This document shows positions 17,757 through 27,471 of a DNA stretch of 64,000 nt, in pieces. The notes beneath the pieces were generated by a model. It saw nothing but the letters and a program-made list of their open reading frames with translations, did no database searches and was not told the origin of the DNA. Position numbers and translations under genes: made by a program. The DNA comes from Bryobacteraceae bacterium (lineage in GTDB: Bacteria > Acidobacteriota > Terriglobia > Bryobacterales > Bryobacteraceae): the NCBI GenBank assembly GCA_035934795.1, contig DASYXM010000083.1:15506-79505 (forward strand). Direction: 5' to 3'. How positions within the stretch are numbered: the stretch's first letter is position 1; the number at the start of each line of letters is the position of its first letter.

Positions 17757-18188
17757 ATTGCACTTTTGCACAACGGCGGATATTCGATCTCAGCGACCTC
17801 GCGGCGGCCCGCACGTAGCGTCTTAAATCCCTTCAGCCCCGGTCAGGGACCCCTAACGCCCGGACGGCGGCCCGTATGCGGTCGTCAAAGTTCTCAAGTT
17901 CATGTAGCCCTCCTAACCACGGCTATTTTCAACCTAGTCCACATGCACAGCGGCACGTAGAAATGCCAGCCAGAGCCAAGCCCCTCTCGCTGCTGCGTAG
18001 GAGCATTCCTATTCCACTTCTGGCGCCTCGCGGACCCACCCGGAGAGCGCAATGTCCGCTCCCACAACCCTCGGGGCGCCGTGCAAAACACACGTCGATT
18101 GAAATCGCAAGGATTCCCACCACCGGTCGGGGTTAGCCCCGGTGGCCCCTCCCGTGCAGAAGTCGTGAACAGGCCGGGCGGGGAAAGT

Positions 18189-18217
18189 CTCGCACGGACC
18201 GTGAGCCCGCGGTAGCT
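18189..18217 (+). promoter_or_regulatory. Leader hairpin followed by a second ops-like GCGGTAGCT, 36 nt upstream of the wza-like start
   Basis: The stem pairs CTC(GC)ACGG with CCGTGAG (18189-18205). After 3 nt comes GCGGTAGCT (18209-18217). This is the same 9-mer and the same hairpin-then-motif order as at 8011-8041. Confidence 0.35.
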
Positions 18218-18252
18218 ATACCCAATCCCTTAAAAAGCCGCCCTTAATTGAA

Positions 18253-19254
18253 ATGGATTGTAACATGCCAAAACGTGAACGCTCCATCGTTTTCCCGCTG
18301 ACGGTCCTTATGCTTGCGGCGTATTCGCTGCCTGCGGGCCAGCAGACTTCCACCCCAACGACTGCAGCGAAATTTCCGGACCCCTCTCAGTACGTGCTCG
18401 GGCCGGACGATCAACTGAAGGTCTGGGCGTTAGGGGTAGAAGAAATCTCCGACAAGCCGGTAAGAATCGATCCTACTGGAGACATCGACTTGCCCATGGT
18501 TGGGAAGGTCCGCGCCGCCGGCTTGACTGTGGAGCAGCTCAAAGCGGAACTTCTGCAGCGGCTCTCCAAAGACGTGCGGAAGCCTCAGGTGTCCGTCGAA
18601 ATCGTCGACTTCGGCAGCCAGCCAGTCTCGGTGATGGGCGCCGTAAATCATCCCGGCGTGCACCAGCTGCACGGCCACAGAACTCTGATGGAAGTCGTAT
18701 CGCTGGCCGACGGCTTGAGACCGGATGCCGGTCCGCACATCAACGTCAGCCGCATGATCGAGTACGGCCCCATCCCGTTGCGGACGGCCAAGACCGACGC
18801 GACGGGGAAATTCAGCGTGGCTGAAGTCGAGGTGAAGGATTTGCTATCGGGCACCGTCCCGGCTGACAACATTTTGATCTATCCGAACGATGTCATCACA
18901 GTGCCGACGACGGAGGCGGTGTTCGTGATGGGCGAAGTCCACAAGCCCGGGGAAGTTCCACTGAAGAACAACTCCAGCATTACCGTGTTACAGGCCCTGG
19001 CGAGCGCTGAAGGATTCGGGCAGACTCCGGCTCCGCAAAATTCGAGGATTATTCGCCTGGTGGCCGGCAGCTCGGAACGCCGAGAGATTCCCGTGGATCT
19101 GAAGAAGGTACTGGCCGGAACCGCCGAGGACATCGCGATGCGGCCGAACGACATCCTGGTGGTTCCTCCCAACGCTCCCAAAAAGGCGATGGCCAGAGCC
19201 GTGGAAGCCGCCGTTCAGGCCGCCACGGGGATTGTGATATGGAGCCGTCCGTAA
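18253..19254 (+). CDS. Polysaccharide export protein (Wza-like; Poly_export + SLBB domains)
   Basis: Motifs are 'YVLGPDDQLKVWALGVEE', 'IDPTGDIDLPMVGKVRAAGLTVEQLKAEL' and 'VSVMGAVNHPG', with a signal peptide. Confidence 0.9.
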   Translation: MDCNMPKRERSIVFPLTVLMLAAYSLPAGQQTSTPTTAAKFPDPSQYVLGPDDQLKVWALGVEEISDKPVRIDPTGDIDLPMVGKVRAAGLTVEQLKAELLQRLSKDVRKPQVSVEIVDFGSQPVSVMGAVNHPGVHQLHGHRTLMEVVSLADGLRPDAGPHINVSRMIEYGPIPLRTAKTDATGKFSVAEVEVKDLLSGTVPADNILIYPNDVITVPTTEAVFVMGEVHKPGEVPLKNNSSITVLQALASAEGFGQTPAPQNSRIIRLVAGSSERREIPVDLKKVLAGTAEDIAMRPNDILVVPPNAPKKAMARAVEAAVQAATGIVIWSRP

Positions 19255-19284
19255 CACTTCCGCCGACCCGGAAAGGATCGCAAA

Positions 19285-21564
19285 ATGCCAAATGAAACCG
19301 TCAGAGCACTGGAGCGCACCAGCCAAGCCGTGCATCCTACGCTAGTTGCCGGCTACACGACCCCGGAACCCATCCGCCCCACCGCGGACACGGTGGGGCT
19401 CAATGAATTGGGGGCTGCCCTGTGGCGCAAGAGGATGACGATCGCAGCGGCCTCGACCATGGGCCTGCTGATTGGGATGGCCATCGGGATCATGGCTACA
19501 CCCACCTACCGAGGACGGGTGTCTTTGCAACTCGAGGGATTTAACAGCGACCAATATGCCCCCATTTCGCCCTCCCTTCCGAACGCCACACCCGAGAATT
19601 ATCTCCAGAACGAAGTGAAACTGTTGGAGAGCGAGACTCTCGCCAAGCGCCTCGGCGACAAGCTCGGATCTGCTCCAGCCGTCAAGCCGGACGGTCCGTT
19701 CACTGCGATTGCCGATTGGTTGCATAGCCAGCTGGTCTTCTTACGACCCGCGCCACTCGCGCCTGAGGAGAAACGCACCAAAGAAATCCAGGAGGCTCTC
19801 AAAATCCGTACCTCGCTGCAATCGCAGGTGATCGAGGTCTTTTACGACGCATCCGATCCCAACTTGGCGGCGCAGGGCGCCAACCTGGCCGCCTCCGAGT
19901 TCATGAATTTGAACCGGGAGGCCAGATGGCAACTCGCTCAGGACACCACCGATTGGCTAAACAAGCAAGCGGCCGACCTGAAGTCGACTCTCGAAAACTC
20001 CAATCAGCAGTTGCTGGATTTCGCGCGTTCCGGCGGATTGGTATTCGCCGGGGCGCAAGGCACCTTGGCTCAAGATCGGATGAGAGAGATCCAGGATTCC
20101 CTCGCCAAAGCGGAGGCGGACCGCGCCGCCAAGCAAGCCCGTTACGAAGCTGCCGCAGCGAACCCGAACAATCTCATGTCCGACGCAGAGGCGAGCGGTC
20201 CTCTGCGCCAGTACCAGGAGAACCTCCAGAAACAGCGCGAGGAACTGGCGCAATTACAAACACTCTACACCCCGACCAACTACAAAATTGAGCGTGTTGA
20301 AGCGCAGATCAAGGCAATCGAGCAGTCCATTGACGCCGAGCGCGGGGCGGCCCTGGGACGGTTGCGCACCGAGTACCTGGCTGCCAGCGGACTCGAGCGT
20401 CTGATCGCTCAGGCGCACGCCAATCAACTGAAGACGGTAGATCAGCAAATGGAGAAGGAGCGGCGCTACGAAATCAAGAAGAACGAGATCGACGCGACCG
20501 AGCGATTGTACGAATCTTTGCTACAGCGCGTGAAAGAGGCCGGTGCGGCGTCGGCTTTGCGGGCCACCAACGTCAGACTGATCGATTCAGCCAGCGCGCC
20601 ATCGGTTCCCTATAGCCCGAATAAACCGCTCGACATGGCTATCGGGCTCGCGATTGGCGCCCTCAGCGGAATCGGACTGGCCTTGGTGCGCCAGGGAACC
20701 ACCAAAGTCAGTCGGCCTGGCGAGGCGGTGCTCCTGAATGTGCCCGAGCTGGGGGTGATTCCGTCGGCCCAGGGAACTTGGTTACTGGATTCCATGGGTC
20801 GCCTGACCGGAAGCGGTGGAAGGTTCCGGGAACTCGGGCTCGTGACTCGTGATCGGCGCTCCTCGGTGCTGGCCGAGTCTTTCCGAGCCGCCCTCACCTC
20901 GATCTTGTTCGACAACATCTTCAGCCGCCGTTCCGGCACGAAACAGCCAGGCGGCCGAGTGCTGGTGCTGACCAGCATTGACGTAATGGAGGGAAAGTCC
21001 ACCGTCCTCACCAACCTGGGGATTGCGGCAGCGGAGAGAAACCAGCGTGTTCTTCTGATCGATGCCGATCTACGCCGGCCCCGTCTGCACGCCATACTCG
21101 GTTTATCCAACACCTGGGGTCTGGCAAACGTTCTCCAGCACCAGGACTTCGCCGAAGGCGTCAACAACGCTCCCCTGGAAGACTTGGTCCGGCAAACCGA
21201 GATTCCCGGTTTATGGTTGCTGCCCGCCGGTTCCGTCCGTGGTCCTGCCCACCCGCTTCTCTATTCGTCGGATCTAAACAGCTTGCTTCAGCGGTTCCGG
21301 AGAGAGTTCGACCTGGTGTTGATCGATACTCCGCCCATGATGCTGTACGCAGACGTGCGCGTTCTCGGGCGGATGTCGGACGGCGTAGTGATGGTAGTGC
21401 GGGCCAACACGAAGGGCCCGGAGGAGCTCAGGGATGCGTATCTAAAGTTCATGCAGGATCAAACTCCAGTCCTCGGAACGATCCTCAACGATTGGAAAAT
21501 GGACCCCAGTCAGAGCCGCGCGTATAGTCGCTATCACAATCACTATCACCCGCGACCAGCGTAA
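19285..21564 (+). CDS. Polysaccharide co-polymerase / tyrosine autokinase (Wzc/GumC-like)
   Basis: The protein has a Wzz-type N-domain with two TMs and a long coiled coil. The C-terminal kinase carries Walker A 'MEGKSTVLTNLG', A' 'VLLIDADLRRP' and B 'DLVLIDTPP'. The Tyr-containing tail 'AYSRYHNHYH' is short. Confidence 0.9.
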   Translation: MPNETVRALERTSQAVHPTLVAGYTTPEPIRPTADTVGLNELGAALWRKRMTIAAASTMGLLIGMAIGIMATPTYRGRVSLQLEGFNSDQYAPISPSLPNATPENYLQNEVKLLESETLAKRLGDKLGSAPAVKPDGPFTAIADWLHSQLVFLRPAPLAPEEKRTKEIQEALKIRTSLQSQVIEVFYDASDPNLAAQGANLAASEFMNLNREARWQLAQDTTDWLNKQAADLKSTLENSNQQLLDFARSGGLVFAGAQGTLAQDRMREIQDSLAKAEADRAAKQARYEAAAANPNNLMSDAEASGPLRQYQENLQKQREELAQLQTLYTPTNYKIERVEAQIKAIEQSIDAERGAALGRLRTEYLAASGLERLIAQAHANQLKTVDQQMEKERRYEIKKNEIDATERLYESLLQRVKEAGAASALRATNVRLIDSASAPSVPYSPNKPLDMAIGLAIGALSGIGLALVRQGTTKVSRPGEAVLLNVPELGVIPSAQGTWLLDSMGRLTGSGGRFRELGLVTRDRRSSVLAESFRAALTSILFDNIFSRRSGTKQPGGRVLVLTSIDVMEGKSTVLTNLGIAAAERNQRVLLIDADLRRPRLHAILGLSNTWGLANVLQHQDFAEGVNNAPLEDLVRQTEIPGLWLLPAGSVRGPAHPLLYSSDLNSLLQRFRREFDLVLIDTPPMMLYADVRVLGRMSDGVVMVVRANTKGPEELRDAYLKFMQDQTPVLGTILNDWKMDPSQSRAYSRYHNHYHPRPA

Positions 21565-21578
21565 CATCCAGTCGCCAA

Positions 21579-22985
21579 ATGCCAGCAGAATTGCAAAGCA
21601 AGCGCCACGACCGGTACGATGTCCCGGTTTGTGCCCGAGCCAGTGCCGGGGCCCCCCCGGTTCCGTTGCGCTCGTTTACGAAAAAAGATAACCGCCGGCT
21701 GCGGGCCGACTTCGCTTGGGTCCTGTGGGGAAACGTCCTGTACTCAGCATGCCAGTGGGGGATTGTGGTGGTGCTGGCAAAGCTTGGCAGCGTGGAGCAA
21801 GTCGGCGAGTATGCGCTGGGGCTGGCGGTGGCGGCACCAATTATTTTGTTTGCGAATATGCAGCTCCGGGCTCTCCTGGCATCCGACGTAAACGATCAAT
21901 TCACCTTCGATCAATACTTGACGTTCCGACTGGCGTCACTCGGCGCGGCCCTTCTCAGCGTGGCCGTCGTTGCGGCCTTCACGCAGGCCAGCTGGCGCCT
22001 CTGCGGGGTCGTCATCCTGGTGGGCCTTGCTCAGGCCGTGGAGTGCATCGGCGAGACGTACTACGGATTCATGCAGAAGCACGAGAAGATGGACCGCGTT
22101 TCAACGTCCCTTATGCTGAAAGGCCCGCTCTCGCTCGGAGCGCTCTATGTCGCCATTGAGGTTTCCGGTAGCGTGGTTTGGGCCGTCGTCGGTCTTATAC
22201 TCGGCCGGCTCGTCATCCTGTGGATCTGGGATTCGCATTATGGGATGGGGGCTCGGCGCGTGCCTTTTAAGTGGAATGTTTGTCGTTCGCTGACGCTGCT
22301 GCGAACGGCTCTGCCCCTAGGGCTGATCTCCATGCTGGGGGCGCTAAACTCCAGCATTCCGCGGTATTTCGTCGAAGTGCATTCGGGCAGCGCCGAATTG
22401 GGAATATTCTCCGCCATCGCTTCTCTTATCAGTGCAGGAACTCTGGTAGTGGCGGCCTTCGGTCAGTCCATCTTTCTTCCGGTCGCGCGAGCGCGCGCGG
22501 CGTTCGATCGCTTCAGATTTCGCCGCTATGCGGCCCTGGCAGTTGCATTAGGAGGCGGCTTGGGGGTGGTGGCGGTGTTTCTCTCGGCGATGAATGGACG
22601 CTCGATCCTCATCCATCTGTTTCGTCCAGAGTATGGCGACCACTCCGACATTCTTATCCGGTTGATGATTGCGGGCACCATCGGGTTCATCGCGTCGGGC
22701 TTGGGATACGTGATCACTGCCGCGAGGAGCCTGCACCCGCAAATTCCGCTGCTTCTTGCCACCGCAATTGCGGCAACCGCGGTCTCCGCGTGGTCTATCC
22801 CGAGGCACGGACTGCGTGGCGCGGCGGACGCGACGCTGGTTGCGGGTTTGGTGCAGCTGGCGGGCACAGTCGCCATTCTTGTGAAAATCGACCGGCAATT
22901 TCGAATGAACGCCGCGGGATCGCCCATGATTCCACTTGAAAGCGTGGGTGTGAAATTCAAAAGTGTGAAGGTCGAAACAACATGA
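21579..22985 (+). CDS. Oligosaccharide flippase (Wzx, MOP superfamily)
   Basis: About 12 predicted TM helices with typical Wzx-like hydrophobic periodicity. It sits between the co-polymerase and the polymerase. Confidence 0.8.
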   Translation: MPAELQSKRHDRYDVPVCARASAGAPPVPLRSFTKKDNRRLRADFAWVLWGNVLYSACQWGIVVVLAKLGSVEQVGEYALGLAVAAPIILFANMQLRALLASDVNDQFTFDQYLTFRLASLGAALLSVAVVAAFTQASWRLCGVVILVGLAQAVECIGETYYGFMQKHEKMDRVSTSLMLKGPLSLGALYVAIEVSGSVVWAVVGLILGRLVILWIWDSHYGMGARRVPFKWNVCRSLTLLRTALPLGLISMLGALNSSIPRYFVEVHSGSAELGIFSAIASLISAGTLVVAAFGQSIFLPVARARAAFDRFRFRRYAALAVALGGGLGVVAVFLSAMNGRSILIHLFRPEYGDHSDILIRLMIAGTIGFIASGLGYVITAARSLHPQIPLLLATAIAATAVSAWSIPRHGLRGAADATLVAGLVQLAGTVAILVKIDRQFRMNAAGSPMIPLESVGVKFKSVKVETT

Positions 22986-24298
22986 CCGCCTCTTCACTGC
23001 CCGCTTATTCTCCTACGGCTCGTTCGGCACCGGCCTGGCCGCGAAATGCGGAAACATCCTCGGCGGCCGGGATCGGCAGCGGACTCGAAAGACTCGGCTT
23101 CATTTTTTTATGCGCTCTTACTTTCGTTCTCCCGTGGGGAGAGAGCATACCCATGTTGGGGAGTGCAGTGCTCGCCAGTTGGCTCGGCTTGGCGACCCTT
23201 GGAACGGTCGCCTTGCGAACTTGCGTTACTCGGCGAATCCGTAAGCCGTCTCCCTTGCATTACTGGATGCTGGCGTTTGCTCTGTGGTCCATAGTGAGCG
23301 TTTTGTGGACTGTGGACTGGGATAGCACAGTCACGCGCGTAGGCACTTACCTGCAGTTGTTGATTCTGGTTTGGGTGACCTGGGAATCGGCGCCTAATGA
23401 AACGCGCGTGGCCGGACTCCTTCAGGCCTATGTCCTGGGCGCGTTGATGTCCTCGGGCCTCACGATCTACAACTTCGTCATCGGGCGCACGGCGGCCCAA
23501 TTGGCGGCGAACCTGGGAAGAGATGTATGGGAGACGTCCCGCTACTCCATCGCCGGCATCAACGCCAACGACCTTGGATTGGTGCTCGCAATCAGTATGC
23601 CCATGGCATTCTACCTGGCGGTTTCGAGGAAAGGACCGGCGGTCAAGCTGCTCTGCTGGCTGCAAGTAGTGACGGGGATGACCGCCATCTTGCTGACCGG
23701 GTCGCGCGGCTCCCTGCTCGCGGCGCTCGTTTCCCTTACCATGCTTCCGCTGATCGCATCGCGGTTGCCCCGGTCGCAGAGGCTCGCCTCGTCGGCGGCG
23801 TGCGTGGCCCTGGTGGCCTGCGCCCTATATCTCGTTCCCCGGGCTTCGTGGAGCCGGATCCTCGAATTCGGATCGGAGATTTCAAATGGCACGTTGACGC
23901 ACCGGACCCTTTTGTGGACGGCCGGCCTGGATGCCTTCCGGGATCGCGCGTTCCTCGGGGTAGGCGCCGGCGCCTACGGCATTGCGATGATCAAGTCCGC
24001 GGACTTTTCCTACATCACCGGGAACGCCGCGAACGGAGTGGCCCACAATACTTTCCTGTCAGTCCTGGTGGAATTGGGGGTGGTCGGAGCGTTATTGCTG
24101 GTAGGATTCCTGGCGGCGCTCCTCTATTGCGCTTTCCGGATGCGATACATGGAGCGGTGTCTATGGGTCACGTTGCTGTTGACCTGGGCGGTGGGAGCGT
24201 CTGCGTTGACCTGGGAGTATCGTAAGCCGACCTGGCTGTTGTTCGGTTTGCTGGCGGCGCATGCCTTCGCTCGCCGGAACACAACGCAAAGGTTATGA
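22982..24298 (+). CDS. O-antigen ligase/polymerase family protein (Wzy-like)
   Basis: Polytopic membrane protein with the Wzy_C-type block 'LLTGSRGSLLAALVSL' and a large loop 'HRTLLWTAGLDAFRDRAFLGVGAGAY'. It overlaps the flippase gene by 4 nt. Confidence 0.8.
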   Translation: MTASSLPAYSPTARSAPAWPRNAETSSAAGIGSGLERLGFIFLCALTFVLPWGESIPMLGSAVLASWLGLATLGTVALRTCVTRRIRKPSPLHYWMLAFALWSIVSVLWTVDWDSTVTRVGTYLQLLILVWVTWESAPNETRVAGLLQAYVLGALMSSGLTIYNFVIGRTAAQLAANLGRDVWETSRYSIAGINANDLGLVLAISMPMAFYLAVSRKGPAVKLLCWLQVVTGMTAILLTGSRGSLLAALVSLTMLPLIASRLPRSQRLASSAACVALVACALYLVPRASWSRILEFGSEISNGTLTHRTLLWTAGLDAFRDRAFLGVGAGAYGIAMIKSADFSYITGNAANGVAHNTFLSVLVELGVVGALLLVGFLAALLYCAFRMRYMERCLWVTLLLTWAVGASALTWEYRKPTWLLFGLLAAHAFARRNTTQRL

Positions 24299-25020
24299 AC
24301 TACGCCGGTTCCGACACGGTCCGCATCAGCGCCGAATACGAGCGCCGGGCACGCGAACTCCCGGCCGACCATTACGCCTGGAGCAAACCATCGAATTTGT
24401 TGGTGCACGAGCACGCCCTGCGCGGGTGTATCTCGGCGCTTCACCAAGCCCGCCTGTTTCCGTTAGCCGGAAGACGAATCCTGGATGTCGGGTGCGGAGC
24501 GGGAACCTGGCTGCTCGAGTTTGTTCAGTGGGGGGCGGACCCGGCGGCCTTAAGCGGGATCGACCTCAGTGCGGACCGGATCGAGACGGCACAACGACGC
24601 TTGCCGCAGGCCTGCCTGCACGTCGGCAGCGCCTCGGAATTGCCGTGGCCCGACAAATATTTCGACGTCGTAAGTCAATTTACGGTCTTCACGTCGATTC
24701 TGGATCCAGCCTTGAGGCGGGCCGTTGCCGAGGAGATGTTGCGCGTGCTCAAGCCCGGCGGATCCATTCTATGGTTCGATTTTCGTGTGAACAACCCAGC
24801 GAACCAGCACGTTCGCGCGGTGTCCGCGCGGGAAATCCGCTCCCTTTTTGCGGGATGCGAAACCGCACTGGCCTCGGCGGTGTTGGCGCCTCCCGTGGGC
24901 CGGCTGGTAGCGGATTGGTCGTGGCCTCTGGCCGAATTCTTGTACGCTTTCCCGTTCCTGCGCACCCATTACGCCGGCTTGATCCGGAAAGCTGCTCCAG
25001 CCGGCCATTCGCACCTTTAA
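24295..25020 (+). CDS. Class I SAM-dependent methyltransferase
   Basis: Motif I is 'ILDVGCGAGTWL'. Post-I and II blocks are 'GIDLS' and 'FDVVSQFTVF'. Confidence 0.85.
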   Translation: MNYAGSDTVRISAEYERRARELPADHYAWSKPSNLLVHEHALRGCISALHQARLFPLAGRRILDVGCGAGTWLLEFVQWGADPAALSGIDLSADRIETAQRRLPQACLHVGSASELPWPDKYFDVVSQFTVFTSILDPALRRAVAEEMLRVLKPGGSILWFDFRVNNPANQHVRAVSAREIRSLFAGCETALASAVLAPPVGRLVADWSWPLAEFLYAFPFLRTHYAGLIRKAAPAGHSHL

Positions 25021-25024
25021 ACAC

Positions 25025-26167
25025 ATGTCCATTTCCGAGCGGCTTCGAATCTTGCACATTACTCCCTCATTCGGAGTCGGGGGCGCTGAACAGATGGCCG
25101 GCCACTTGATGGTCAGCCAATCGAAATCGCACGACGTGATGGCAACAAGTCTCTACCCGGCAACCGGCAGTTCCATCGAACACAGACTGAGGCGGGCCAA
25201 TATTCCCCTGTGGCATCTCGGAAAGCGACCGGGTTTCGACCCCAGGCTTTTCGCCTCCGTGGATCGAGTGCTGAACGAGGCTGGACCCGATGTGGTTCAC
25301 ACTCATCTGTCGGTTCTTCGCTATGCACTTCCCGGGCTCGTGCGCCGCCAGATCCCGGTTGTGGTGCACACGCTGCACAACGTGGCGGAACACGAAACGG
25401 ACTTATTCGGCCGCATCGTCCAATGGTTCGCGTTTCGTCGCTCTGTCCTGCCGGTGGCGATTTCCCGCGAAGTAGCGTCGAGCGTCAAGCGGGTGTATGG
25501 CGTGGAGTGCCGCAGCATGGTTCCCAACTGCATACCGATCGAAAGCTACCGGCGCAGCACCACGGACCGCTTCCGCTGGAGGGAAAAGGAGCGGTTCGGG
25601 CACGACGCGATTCTCTTTGCGTGCGTGGGGCGCTTGGAACCTCAAAAAAACCCGCTCCTGTTGGTGCAAGCGTTCGCGGCTCTGGATGATCCCCGAGCGC
25701 ACCTCGTGATGTTGGGAGAAGGCAGTCTCCGGGAGCAACTGGCGGCTTACATTCGAAGGCATGGCCTGCACAGTCGCGTCCATTTGCTCGGCAAGCGGAA
25801 TGAAGTGCCGGAGTGCTTGGCCGCGTCGGATGTATTCGCAATTTCCTCGGACTGGGAAGGGACGCCTCTCGCGGTGATGGAGGCGATGGCGGCGGGATTG
25901 CCGGTGATCGGGACGGCGGTAGGTGGAGTTCCTGAGTTGGTGGAATCCGGGCAGCACGGGTTTCTGGTTCCTCCCGGCGACTGCGCCGCGTTTTCGAATG
26001 CGATGCGAACCTTGCTGAATAATCCCGTATTAAGGGAAGTCATGGGGGCTTCCGCGCGCGCGCGGGCCGCGGCAAAGTTCAATATCGACCGGATGGCCGA
26101 TGGTTACACGCGTTTGTACTGGAAGGCTTTGAGCGCGTCCGGGCGCCGGACCTCCGCCGCCGCGTGA
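25025..26167 (+). CDS. Glycosyltransferase family 4 (GT-B)
   Basis: The N-terminus is 'LRILHITPSFGVGGAE'. C-terminal blocks are 'SSDWEGTPLAVMEAMAAGLPVIGTAVGGVPELV' and the EX7E region. Confidence 0.9.
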   Translation: MSISERLRILHITPSFGVGGAEQMAGHLMVSQSKSHDVMATSLYPATGSSIEHRLRRANIPLWHLGKRPGFDPRLFASVDRVLNEAGPDVVHTHLSVLRYALPGLVRRQIPVVVHTLHNVAEHETDLFGRIVQWFAFRRSVLPVAISREVASSVKRVYGVECRSMVPNCIPIESYRRSTTDRFRWREKERFGHDAILFACVGRLEPQKNPLLLVQAFAALDDPRAHLVMLGEGSLREQLAAYIRRHGLHSRVHLLGKRNEVPECLAASDVFAISSDWEGTPLAVMEAMAAGLPVIGTAVGGVPELVESGQHGFLVPPGDCAAFSNAMRTLLNNPVLREVMGASARARAAAKFNIDRMADGYTRLYWKALSASGRRTSAAA

Positions 26168-27432
26168 GCCACTGCCGCGCCAAATGGCGCCTGAAGCATA
26201 GTTCGAATAGAGAAAACGTGAAGATTATCTACGTCACAGCGAGCCTCCCGCACGGCGCCGATGAGGCTTTCGTGATTCCCGAGATAGGGGAACTGATGCG
26301 GCTCGGGCACGAAGTACGGGTTGTTCCGCGTTCGCCGCGGGGCCGGATCCTGCATGGTCACGGCCTGTTGAAGCACGCTCGCCGGGAGGCGCTCTGTTCG
26401 CACCGCGTGCTGGGAGCCGCTGCGGTCACAATGCTGGCGGCTCCTCGGCGGACGATAACGGCCACACGGCCCTTGGTCGACACCAGATCGACCATGCTCT
26501 CCATGAAAAACCTCGCCGTCGTTCCTAAGGCGCTTTGGCTGGCGCGGATGGCCTGCGCGTGGCAAGCGGACCACATCCACTGCCACTGGGCGGGAACCAC
26601 TGCGAGCATGGCGATGCTGGCTAGCCGGATTTCGGGAATCCCGTGGAGCTTTACGGCACACCGTTGGGACATCGTCGAGGACAACGTGCTGCTGAAGAAA
26701 GCGAGGAGCGCGAGTTTGGCCCGCTTCATTTCCAACGATGGGTTGGCAATGGCCCAAGCGATGGGCGTCAGTGACAATGCTCGAGTTCTTCATATGGGAG
26801 TCAGCATTCCCAGGACTGTCCGCCGCCGGCACGGCGCCCGGCCCGTGGTTCTATGCCCGGCCCGCCTCGTGGAAGTGAAGGGCCATCGCTTCCTGCTGGA
26901 GGCGTGGCGCATGGTGCGGCGCAACGGCGTGGACGGCGAGTTGTGGGTGGCAGGGCAGGGCGAACTGAGAGTGCGGCTCGAATGCCTTTGTGCGGCTCTT
27001 GGCCTCGCGGACTCGGTGAGATTTCTGGGCGGTGTGCCTCACCAGGAGCTTCTGAAGATTTACGAGGAAGGGCGCGTTTCCGCGGTCGTCTTGTCCAGCG
27101 TTGACCTGGGGGACGGATTCCACGAAGGGATTCCCGTCGCGCTCATCGAGGCCATGAGCTACGGTATACCGGTGGTCGCGACCGCCACGGGTGGAATTGC
27201 CGAGCTCGTGGCGCCCGGCGCCGGACTGCTGGTACCGCCCGCCGATCCCGTCGCTCTAGCGTCCGCGATCCGGAGTTTGCTGCGGGACCACCAGCTCAAT
27301 GAGCAGCTTGGCGAATCCGGACGGCAGCGCGTGACGGACCATTATGACATCGTCCGAATTGTGGCCGAGCTTGTGAACGAATTCAAAGCCGCCACGCCTG
27401 CGACAGCGCCGGGCTCGTTGCAATACGCCTAG
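26164..27432 (+). CDS. Glycosyltransferase family 4 (GT-B)
   Basis: Motifs are 'KIIYVTASLPHG' and 'GFHEGIPVALIEAMSYGIPVVATATGGIAELV'. The true start may be the GTG near 26218. Confidence 0.85.
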   Translation: MSHCRAKWRLKHSSNRENVKIIYVTASLPHGADEAFVIPEIGELMRLGHEVRVVPRSPRGRILHGHGLLKHARREALCSHRVLGAAAVTMLAAPRRTITATRPLVDTRSTMLSMKNLAVVPKALWLARMACAWQADHIHCHWAGTTASMAMLASRISGIPWSFTAHRWDIVEDNVLLKKARSASLARFISNDGLAMAQAMGVSDNARVLHMGVSIPRTVRRRHGARPVVLCPARLVEVKGHRFLLEAWRMVRRNGVDGELWVAGQGELRVRLECLCAALGLADSVRFLGGVPHQELLKIYEEGRVSAVVLSSVDLGDGFHEGIPVALIEAMSYGIPVVATATGGIAELVAPGAGLLVPPADPVALASAIRSLLRDHQLNEQLGESGRQRVTDHYDIVRIVAELVNEFKAATPATAPGSLQYA

Positions 27433-27471
27433 AATCTTTTTCCCGAAGACCTTTTTCAGTTCCCGGAGGAC

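Noticed and set aside
17951-17967. Sigma-54-like string CGGCACGTAGAAATGCC in the wza leader.
   Set aside because: The GG-to-GC spacing is 11 nt instead of 10, and the first T is missing. The same off-by-one problem affects TGGCCGTTTCAGCTGCA at 15461-15477 in the rsbS/HK-like divergent gap.
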